IMG/VR virus record: IMGVR_UViG_3300044616_001452
Strand: one strand, 5' to 3'
From: a virus
Length of the DNA: 64,000 nucleotides
Numbering within the stretch: the stretch's first letter is position 1; each line of letters begins with the position of its first letter. The notes beneath the pieces were generated by a model. It saw nothing but the letters and a program-made list of their open reading frames with translations, was not told the origin of the DNA and made no database searches. The translations under genes were made by a program, and so were the position numbers. This document shows positions 16,844-23,995 of this stretch, one piece after another.

Positions 16844-17108
16844 TACACACAAAGTGATGGCAATTCTACAAGAGGAATGTGCAGAAGTTGTTCAAGCAGT
16901 ATCTAAAATTTATCGTTTCGGATTAGATAATTCTTGGAATGGTGTTACAAACAAAGAAGCACTAATTACTGAAATCGGTGACGTTTTAGCTATGATTGAT
17001 ATTCTTGTCACAGAAACAGACATAAATATTTCTGAAGAAGATATACAAGAAGCAGTGTATAAGAAAAAAGAAAAACTTAAAATATTCCTACCTGTTGAAA
17101 GTGATTAA
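16836..17108 (+). CDS. MazG-like NTP pyrophosphatase
   Basis: EECAEVVQAVSK and EIGDV motifs. Confidence 0.8.
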   Translation: MRDTHKVMAILQEECAEVVQAVSKIYRFGLDNSWNGVTNKEALITEIGDVLAMIDILVTETDINISEEDIQEAVYKKKEKLKIFLPVESD

Positions 17109-17110
17109 TA

Positions 17111-17692
17111 ATGATTCTGGATAATTTTTTCCCTTCAGTTGTTGCAAGAGAAGAACATACTGATTGGGCAAATACGATGCTCCCGATTGTAAAAAAGTTT
17201 TTTGATTCACAACCTTCGAATTCGAATTTCTATTACAATGGGCAAACAACCCACGGCACCGGGTTGGATCTGATTAAAAATCCTGAATTTACCCCTTTCA
17301 CAAATTTCATCATAGAAAAAGGAAAACAATTTCTAGAAGTGCAAGGATATGATTCAAATCCAATTAAATTTAATCCTTATTTCTTTCTAAACTCCTTCAA
17401 TAAAGGTAGCAATCATCCAAAACATGTACACACAATGTGTACTATCTCTGGTATTTTCTATCTTCAAACACCACCTGGTTCTTCAAAGATTCGTTTTTAT
17501 CCTAACCAGCCTTTTAGGGACTTCTTTGATTATTTCTTTCATGTAAAAGATCCAAATAATTGGTTTGCAATGTCACATTATGACTATGCACCATATCCTG
17601 GTTTACTTCTTATGTGGCCTGCATGGTTGTATCATGAAGTTGAACCAAACAATTCCGAAGAACCACGAATCTCAATCGTTTTTAATTTATAA
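17111..17692 (+). CDS. 2OG-Fe(II) oxygenase (TIGR02466-like)
   Basis: HPKHVH, ISGIFYL, WPAWLYHEV, RISIVFN. Confidence 0.85.
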   Translation: MILDNFFPSVVAREEHTDWANTMLPIVKKFFDSQPSNSNFYYNGQTTHGTGLDLIKNPEFTPFTNFIIEKGKQFLEVQGYDSNPIKFNPYFFLNSFNKGSNHPKHVHTMCTISGIFYLQTPPGSSKIRFYPNQPFRDFFDYFFHVKDPNNWFAMSHYDYAPYPGLLLMWPAWLYHEVEPNNSEEPRISIVFNL

Positions 17693-17696
17693 GAAA

Positions 17697-17978
17697 ATGC
17701 CTACCTATCAATTTATCAATAAAGAAACAAATGAAATAGAAGAATACACTTTTAGTGTGAAACTTCTAGATGAATTCAAGCAATTGAATCCGCACCTAGA
17801 AACATATCATTCAGTTGATAGTCTTCCAGTTTTTGGTGATGGCTTGCGTATGTCTGTTCCTGGTATGGGTCAGCCAGACGCAAGATTTGAGCGCGAAATC
17901 ATCGGGCGCATTAGAGAGAAAGTGCCAGGTAATAGTTTAGCCCGATCTCATAAAACAAAAATGCCAAGAGAATGGTGA
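17697..17978 (+). CDS. conserved T4-like small protein (MPTY.. FmdB-like) upstream of phoH
   Basis: MPTYQF start; typical position. Confidence 0.7.
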   Translation: MPTYQFINKETNEIEEYTFSVKLLDEFKQLNPHLETYHSVDSLPVFGDGLRMSVPGMGQPDARFEREIIGRIREKVPGNSLARSHKTKMPREW

Positions 17979-17996
17979 ATACCATGAGGAGTATAA

Positions 17997-18698
17997 ATGG
18001 CCACAGGGAAAAAGAAAACTGCCGCTGCACAGGCACAGTCGCAGCATTTTGGTTTGAGAACAATAGAAGCCCTAACTGAGAATCAGAGAAAAACATTTGA
18101 GGAGTTTGCAAAAGGAAATAATATTGTACTATCAGGTTCAGCTGGCACAGGTAAATCATTTCTAGCTTTATATCTTTCGCTTAAAGATTTGCTTGTATCT
18201 AATTCGTATTATGATAGAATAATTATTATTCGTTCAGCGGTTCCTTCTAGAGACCTTGGATTTGTTCCTGGTACACTAGAAGAAAAATCTAAGATATATC
18301 AAGAACCGTATATGAACATTGTGAATGAATTGATCGGAAGAGGAGATGCATGGCACTTTCTTCTGAACAAAGAGATCATTCAATTTCAAACAACAAGTTT
18401 TTTGCGTGGCCTCACATTTAGAAATTGCATTATCGTTTTTGATGAGTTTCAATCTGCAACATTTCATGAAATTGATTCTGTTCTGACTCGTATTGGTGAA
18501 AATTGTAGATTCTTCTTGTGTGGTGATTGCAATCAAAACGATCTCAACATTAAAAAAGAAAAATCAGGCTTTCATGATGCGCTTTCTATTCTAGAAAAAT
18601 TAGAGAACACTTCACATATTCGATTTCAATTAGAAGATATTGTACGAAGTGGCTTTGTGAAAAATTATTTAACCGTGAAAGAAAAACTAAAACTATAA
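17997..18698 (+). CDS. phoH: PhoH-like ATPase
   Basis: GSAGTGKS, LGFVPGTLEEK, FLRGLTF, DEFQ, TRIG, DIVRSG. Confidence 0.95.
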   Translation: MATGKKKTAAAQAQSQHFGLRTIEALTENQRKTFEEFAKGNNIVLSGSAGTGKSFLALYLSLKDLLVSNSYYDRIIIIRSAVPSRDLGFVPGTLEEKSKIYQEPYMNIVNELIGRGDAWHFLLNKEIIQFQTTSFLRGLTFRNCIIVFDEFQSATFHEIDSVLTRIGENCRFFLCGDCNQNDLNIKKEKSGFHDALSILEKLENTSHIRFQLEDIVRSGFVKNYLTVKEKLKL

Positions 18699-19357
18699 TG
18701 TATACACACTGCCCTCCAAAAGAACTGCCTAAACTTGTATCAAAAACACACCCTGATGGTAAAAGATACTATACCACTCCCGGTGGTAAAATTTTGCCGT
18801 CAGTGACAACTGTTATTGGTGCAAAAGAAAAGCAGGGTATTTTGGAGTGGCGGCAAAGAGTTGGTGAAGAAGAAGCAAATCGAGTATCACGATTAGCCGC
18901 TGGGCGCGGAACAAAGATGCATAATCTGGTTGAAAAATATTTACTCAATGAAACAATTGATTGGAATGATCAAATGCCTGATGGTGTTTATATGTTTCGA
19001 AAGATTGCACGTGATCTAAAGCATATCAATAATATACACTACATGGAAGAAACCCTTTGGTCCGAAAAGATTGGGCTTGCTGGGCGTGTAGATTGTATTG
19101 CAGAATGGAAGGGTAAACTTTCTATCATCGACTTTAAAACATCTAAAAGAAATAAGACAAAAGAACAAATACAGAACTATTTTGCTCAATGTACCGCGTA
19201 TTCATTGATGTATGAAGAAATTGTTGGTTCACCTATCGACCAAATTGTGGTATTAATGTCGGTTGATGAAGGTGTATCACAAATTTTTGAAGAGAAAACC
19301 TCTGATTATGTTGAAACTCTATTCGATTATATCAAATATTACCATGACACAAAATAA
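18698..19357 (+). CDS. PD-(D/E)xK exonuclease
   Basis: PSVTTV, RGTKMH, AGRVD, IIDFKTS, YFAQ..AY. Confidence 0.9.
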   Translation: MYTHCPPKELPKLVSKTHPDGKRYYTTPGGKILPSVTTVIGAKEKQGILEWRQRVGEEEANRVSRLAAGRGTKMHNLVEKYLLNETIDWNDQMPDGVYMFRKIARDLKHINNIHYMEETLWSEKIGLAGRVDCIAEWKGKLSIIDFKTSKRNKTKEQIQNYFAQCTAYSLMYEEIVGSPIDQIVVLMSVDEGVSQIFEEKTSDYVETLFDYIKYYHDTK

Positions 19358-19382
19358 TAAATATCCATAAAAAGGATATTCT

Positions 19383-19931
19383 ATGCAATCTTTTAAAGAA
19401 TTTATCATCGAAAAAGTGTTGTCAATTGGTATTAATCCAAAACATGAGCATTTTCGAGAAATTCATCGAAAAGAAATTCATGATATGATTCATAAATCTT
19501 ACAAAGATATTGGTGGCTATAGTGGGCATAAATCAGGTTCTAAAGAGGAATCAGATGCAATACATCATGACATTGGGCACTCTCTAATAAAAGCAACCAA
19601 AAGAAATGGTAAAATTAGTTCTGTTAATTTATACAAAAAACAACATGGCAGAAAATCTATAGCATCTGCAACAGATGGATCAGAACAAGGTAAGAAAGAC
19701 TTTAAAAAGAATAAGCTGGAAGACCATGAACAGAAACGCGCATGGGGTGAAGTATCAGGTGCTCCAGAACACATTCAAAAGAAAATGGGTGCACCAGTGA
19801 TACCGGTACATAAGATGAAAAAGCTTACGGGAAAAGAATTGGAGCCTGTAGGAGACACAGGGCACTACAAACGTAAGATTGGTGGGCACGAACACATTAA
19901 AATTGGTATGGGGCACCCCAAAGAGGAATAG
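19383..19931 (+). CDS. His/Lys-rich putative internal head protein with capsid-targeting-like leader
   Basis: MQSFKEFIIE N-terminus; late-like promoter AATAAATA at 19356. Confidence 0.6.
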   Translation: MQSFKEFIIEKVLSIGINPKHEHFREIHRKEIHDMIHKSYKDIGGYSGHKSGSKEESDAIHHDIGHSLIKATKRNGKISSVNLYKKQHGRKSIASATDGSEQGKKDFKKNKLEDHEQKRAWGEVSGAPEHIQKKMGAPVIPVHKMKKLTGKELEPVGDTGHYKRKIGGHEHIKIGMGHPKEE

Positions 19932-19980
19932 TTGTATTTTTACAACACTGGTTGCCAAGCAACCAATTCTATGTTATAAT
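19930..19980 (+). promoter_or_regulatory. early promoter cassette 7: box + TTGCCA-N17-TATAAT
   Basis: AGTTG-N8-CAACA 19930-19947, -35 19952-19957, -10 19975-19980. Confidence 0.85.
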
Positions 19981-20003
19981 TATAATGTCAAAGTGAGGAG
20001 TAT

Positions 20004-20531
20004 ATGAAAAAAGTCGTTGTGTATTTTCACGGTTACAATTCAAGCCCGCATACCGATAAAGTTGCAAGGTTGAGTAAAGAATCATCTTTTTTCACCTATG
20101 CATTCCCCATTCACATTGACCCACGGGTTGCATATAAAGAATTGACAGATAAGATTGACAATATTCTCGTCGAAATGTATAATCAGGATGTGAAACTTAT
20201 TTTTGTCGGCACTTCTCTCGGCGGCTGGTGGGCTTCTAAACTTGCAAGTGAATATGATTGTGAAGCAGTGGTTATTAATCCTTCTGCCAATCCGAAGGCC
20301 TCCCTCGCAAAGTATGGAGTACCAGAACATATTCTAGAACAATATGAAGAAATCGTAATACCTAAGAAAGCAACATATTTTTTCGCAAGTAATGATGAAG
20401 TAATTGACCACACTGACTTTATTGAGAAAGTAAATCAAGAAAAAACTTCTGTTTATATCTTCCAAGAAGGAAATCACCGATTCAATGGTAAGCACTTTGA
20501 AAAAGTGGTCGAACATCTTAAAATGATATAA
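20004..20531 (+). CDS. YqiA/YcfP-like alpha/beta hydrolase (esterase)
   Basis: YFHGYNSSP, GTSLGG nucleophile elbow, INP, DEVID, GNHRF. Confidence 0.9.
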   Translation: MKKVVVYFHGYNSSPHTDKVARLSKESSFFTYAFPIHIDPRVAYKELTDKIDNILVEMYNQDVKLIFVGTSLGGWWASKLASEYDCEAVVINPSANPKASLAKYGVPEHILEQYEEIVIPKKATYFFASNDEVIDHTDFIEKVNQEKTSVYIFQEGNHRFNGKHFEKVVEHLKMI

Positions 20532-20534
20532 ATA
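20527..20534 (+). promoter_or_regulatory. T4 late promoter TATAAATA upstream of tmRNA
   Basis: Exact consensus about 6 nt upstream of the acceptor piece. Confidence 0.8.
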
Positions 20535-20540
20535 ACAAAA

Positions 20541-20840
20541 TGATCGTTTGAAGTTGACTGAAAGGTGTTCTGGACTCGGGTTCGATCCCCGACAGGTCCA
20601 CCAGAAGTATATTAGCCCGATAAGACACTCTAAAGTCTGAAATGGGAAAACTGTGTTCTAGTATGCTTCTGATGGGCCTGACTTGGTTTCGACAGGGCAA
20701 TAAGTAGGAAGATGGACGATCCGACACAGAGAGTCGTTAAAAGTAAATCAAAGTAAACGCAAACGAAGAACGTTTCGCATTGGCTGCTTAAACACAGCCT
20801 AGGGTTTCGGTGGGTTTCCTCGTAACAGAATAACCCACCA
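20541..20840 (+). ncRNA. ssrA: circularly permuted two-piece tmRNA (acceptor piece ~20541-20603, intervening 20604-20673, coding piece 20674-~20840)
   Basis: T-arm and CAGGTCCACCA precede GGGCCTG 5' end; G3:U70 pair; tag ANEERFALAA* 20759-20791; inter-piece pairings. Confidence 0.92.
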
Positions 20841-20857
20841 TTCAAAGGAGATCCATA

Positions 20858-21388
20858 ATGCAATTTATGAAACTAGTTTTCATAGGCATTCTCGGCTATT
20901 TTTTCACACAACATTTTCACCATCTCGTAGATAAGAAGTTTGAGGAAGTAAAAGAAGGTAAACATCCTTCATATGTGACAATGGCTCAACGTGAAAAAGA
21001 ACTTGACTGTCTAGCGAAAAACATATATTATGAAGCAGGAACAGAACCTTTTGAAGGAAAGGTAGCAGTAGCACAAGTAACAATCAACAGAACTAAATCA
21101 GGCAAATTCCCAAAAGATATTTGTGCAGTTGTATACGAAAGAAATTTAGTGTACAATAATTTAATCTGTCAGTTCAGTTGGTACTGTGATTCAAAAGCAA
21201 AAGTGAGACCTATTCATGCAGCAACCTATAAAGAATCCGAGGCTGTGGCTAAAAAGGTACTTCTCGAAGGATTCAAACTCGACATTATCAAAGAGGACAC
21301 ATTATACTATCATGCAGACTACATCAACCCAGGATGGAAAAGACAAAGAGTTGCCAAAATTGGAAAACACATCTTCTACAAAGGTTGA
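20858..21388 (+). CDS. cell wall hydrolase (SleB/Hydrolase_2), N-terminal signal-anchor; endolysin candidate
   Basis: CLAKNIYYEA, AVAQVTINR, CQFSWYC, YYHADYINPGW, IGKHIFY. Confidence 0.9.
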   Translation: MQFMKLVFIGILGYFFTQHFHHLVDKKFEEVKEGKHPSYVTMAQREKELDCLAKNIYYEAGTEPFEGKVAVAQVTINRTKSGKFPKDICAVVYERNLVYNNLICQFSWYCDSKAKVRPIHAATYKESEAVAKKVLLEGFKLDIIKEDTLYYHADYINPGWKRQRVAKIGKHIFYKG

Positions 21389-21704
21389 TTGGCTTGAACG
21401 CTTTTCAAACCTCAAAGAATATCTTAAAGATTTTCTGAATAACAAACTAAAACCAAGCACAGCAGAATCAATTGGTTGGATTGGATTAGTTCTACTCCTT
21501 GCTTCATTGATTCCAACGTTTTTGGCTGTAATGGCCGGTGTTACCGATAAACTGCCACCAATTGATCTAGTTTTGTTTATATGGGCAGCATTGGTCACCT
21601 TTTTTATTCGTGCAGCAATTCTCAAAGACACTGTGGTCGTTCTGACTGTTGGTGTTGGTTTTATGGTGAATTCTGTGTTTATGGCTCTTATTCTGTTCAA
21701 GTAA
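21360..21704 (+). CDS. three-TM membrane protein, holin candidate (start uncertain)
   Basis: Three hydrophobic segments; overlaps hydrolase 3' end. Confidence 0.55.
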   Translation: MENTSSTKVDWLERFSNLKEYLKDFLNNKLKPSTAESIGWIGLVLLLASLIPTFLAVMAGVTDKLPPIDLVLFIWAALVTFFIRAAILKDTVVVLTVGVGFMVNSVFMALILFK

Positions 21705-21705
21705 A

Positions 21706-21927
21706 ATGGCTACAAGAGAAGAACAAAGAATCTTTTCGGAACTAATCGAAAGCATCGTCGCCGAAAAAAGATTAAACTATATTGATGCAATCGTTTATCA
21801 TTGTGAGAAAACAGGATTTGACGTTGAGCTTGCCGCAACACTATTGACACCTCTCGTCAAATCCAAAATCTCTGATGAAGCGCAAACACTTAATATGATC
21901 AAGAAAGTGAACAAATTACCAATATGA
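21706..21927 (+). CDS. 33: late transcription co-activator gp33-like
   Basis: FSELIE..V...LNYIDAIV..C...KSKI..EA..LN; position before 59 and 32. Confidence 0.85.
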   Translation: MATREEQRIFSELIESIVAEKRLNYIDAIVYHCEKTGFDVELAATLLTPLVKSKISDEAQTLNMIKKVNKLPI

Positions 21928-22529
21928 ATGAAGCAGGTGGATTTGAAGCCTATGCAATGTATCATGCTTTAAAACTACATTTCTCGGGCAAATATGATTA
22001 TGTGAGATATAACGGCAAAACAAATGTGTCTAAAGACCAATTTATATTGAGAAAAGATAAATTCACCTATTACAAACTATCTCGTAAATATAAAAGGGAA
22101 GAGTTGTTTGGCTTTTATGTTTCTAATTTTTTGATCAGTACAAATACATGGGTAGGTGATCTTCTTGATAGTGAAGCAGAGACCAACTATAAAGCTTGGC
22201 TTAAAACACAACAATCAATCTCTTACATATTCGAACAGGACATTAATCATCTTTTTGATCTGGTAGAAGTGCCGGAAGAAATGCTAAAAGTGGTTGACGG
22301 GCAGTACCCATTACTGTATAATGAATATCTCAAAAGCAAAATTAAGTTAGAAACAATTGTCATACTCAACGACATATTAAACTTTCTACCCATGTGGTTG
22401 AAAAAAATATCAGATGACATTGTTTTTCCAGATTTTGCATTGAAGTGTGAGAAGTACCAACCGTTTTTAAATTACGATAAGCCTAAGTTAAAAAATATTT
22501 TAAAGGGAAAAATATGTCAGTTAGCGTAA
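21924..22529 (+). CDS. 59: helicase loader gp59-like
   Basis: YHALKLHFSGKYDY..YNGK, RKDKFTYYKL; synteny. Confidence 0.9.
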   Translation: MNEAGGFEAYAMYHALKLHFSGKYDYVRYNGKTNVSKDQFILRKDKFTYYKLSRKYKREELFGFYVSNFLISTNTWVGDLLDSEAETNYKAWLKTQQSISYIFEQDINHLFDLVEVPEEMLKVVDGQYPLLYNEYLKSKIKLETIVILNDILNFLPMWLKKISDDIVFPDFALKCEKYQPFLNYDKPKLKNILKGKICQLA

Positions 22530-23014
22530 CAAAAATTTATGTTGACATGGACGGCGTGATTGCAGACTTTGTTAAAAGGTTTAAAGAAGTCACCGGTAAA
22601 TTGCCATCAGACTATAAAACTGAAAGAGGTTTCACTCCTAATTTTAATTTAATGGTTGATGGTGGGCACTTTGTAACCCTTGATAAGATGCCAGATTTTG
22701 ATGTTCTAGTGTCTTATCTGGATTCTCTCCCGGTGGAAAAATGCATTCTTTCGTCAACACGAACACCTGAAGATAATTTCAAAGTAGCCATGCAAAAGAT
22801 GCAATGGCTGGCAAATGTTGCTAAGATTACATGGCCTAAAATTTTTGTGCCAGGTAAAAGTCTAAAGCAGCAATATGCAAACCCAAATTCTATTTTGATC
22901 GATGACACAGAAATTGTTATCGAACAATGGAATGCAGCAGGTGGTATTGGCATTCTTCATACGGATGCCATCTCTACCATCACTGAACTAAAGAAGTACA
23001 TTGATTTGAACTAA
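22514..23014 (+). CDS. HAD-family 5'(3')-deoxyribonucleotidase
   Basis: IYVDMDGVIADF, ILIDD, WNAAGGIGILH. Confidence 0.85.
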   Translation: MSVSVTKIYVDMDGVIADFVKRFKEVTGKLPSDYKTERGFTPNFNLMVDGGHFVTLDKMPDFDVLVSYLDSLPVEKCILSSTRTPEDNFKVAMQKMQWLANVAKITWPKIFVPGKSLKQQYANPNSILIDDTEIVIEQWNAAGGIGILHTDAISTITELKKYIDLN

Positions 23015-23029
23015 ATAATCGTATATAAT
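23001..23029 (+). promoter_or_regulatory. overlapping sigma70 (TTGATT-N17-TATAAT) and late-like (ACTAAATA) promoters for gene 32
   Basis: -35 23001-23006, late-like 23010-23017, -10 23024-23029. Confidence 0.65.
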
Positions 23030-23086
23030 GTTATTTTGGACAAATCGCTATACATCGCAATACAACGTTAATATAAGGAAAATACC

Positions 23087-23965
23087 ATGTCAAACTTCGC
23101 AAGTCTCAAACGTTCCTCAGGTAATCTCGAAAAGCTTGCAAAAGCAATCGAGCAACTCAACACCGCAGAATCCCCATCAAAAGAAGATAACTTCTGGAAA
23201 CCTGAAGTAGATAAGGCAGGTAATGGCTATGCTGTTATTCGTTTTCTACCTCAGCCAGCTATTGATGGTGATGATGCGCTTCCTTGGGTCAAGGTTTTCA
23301 ATCATGGCTTTCAGGGTCCCGGTGGCTGGTACATCGAAAACTCTTTGACTACTCTTGGGCAGAAAGATCCTGTTTCAGAGTATAATACTCAACTGTGGAA
23401 TTCTGGTGTCGAAGCAAACAAAGAGATTGCCCGTAAGCAGAAACGTCGCCTCTCTTACATCTCTAACGTCTACATCGTAGAAGATCCAAAGAATCCGGAA
23501 AACGAAGGTAAAGTATTTCTGTACAAGTATGGAAAGAAAATCTTCGATAAGATTAATGAAGCAATGAACCCTCAGTTTGAAGATGAAAAGGCTGTTAATC
23601 CTTTTGATCTGTGGTCAGGTGCAAACTTCAAACTTAAAATCCGTAAAGTAGAAGGATATCAAAACTATGACAAATCGGAATTTGAGTCTGCTTCTGTTCT
23701 TGGTGATTTTGATGATGATAGGCTCGAAAGTATCTGGAAGTCTGAACACTCACTCAAAGAGTTTCTCGCACCAGAAAATTTCAAGTCTTATGATGAACTG
23801 AAAGCTAAACTCGATAAAGTTCTAGGGCTGAGTGGGCAATCACCACAACCTAAAACAACTGTTGAGCAGGCTAAAGCAGCACCAGCACGTAAGGCTGCAC
23901 CAGTTGATGTTGATAGTGATGAGGATGATTTGTCATACTTCAGCAAACTAGCTGAAGAAGACTAA
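23087..23965 (+). CDS. 32: single-stranded DNA-binding protein gp32
   Basis: DKAGNGYAVIRFLP, WYIENSLTT, GANFKLK, NYDKSEF, acidic tail. Confidence 0.97.
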   Translation: MSNFASLKRSSGNLEKLAKAIEQLNTAESPSKEDNFWKPEVDKAGNGYAVIRFLPQPAIDGDDALPWVKVFNHGFQGPGGWYIENSLTTLGQKDPVSEYNTQLWNSGVEANKEIARKQKRRLSYISNVYIVEDPKNPENEGKVFLYKYGKKIFDKINEAMNPQFEDEKAVNPFDLWSGANFKLKIRKVEGYQNYDKSEFESASVLGDFDDDRLESIWKSEHSLKEFLAPENFKSYDELKAKLDKVLGLSGQSPQPKTTVEQAKAAPARKAAPVDVDSDEDDLSYFSKLAEED

Positions 23966-23968
23966 AGT

Positions 23969-23995
23969 AAAAGGGAGCGAAAGCTCCCTTTTTTT
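23969..23995. terminator. bidirectional intrinsic terminator
   Basis: AAAAGGGAGC-GAAA-GCTCCCTTTTTTT between convergent operons. Confidence 0.9.

Noticed and set aside
20570-20603. Stand-alone tRNA or attP-like tRNA 3' fragment
   Set aside because: No anticodon arm and no integrase nearby; it pairs with the downstream GGGCCTG segment and tag ORF as a permuted tmRNA
20518-20863. Minus-strand ORFs 20518-20727 and 20630-20863
   Set aside because: Antisense shadows of the tmRNA
23028-23210. 60-aa ORF overlapping the gene 32 start
   Set aside because: Begins inside the -10 element and overlaps gp32 out of frame
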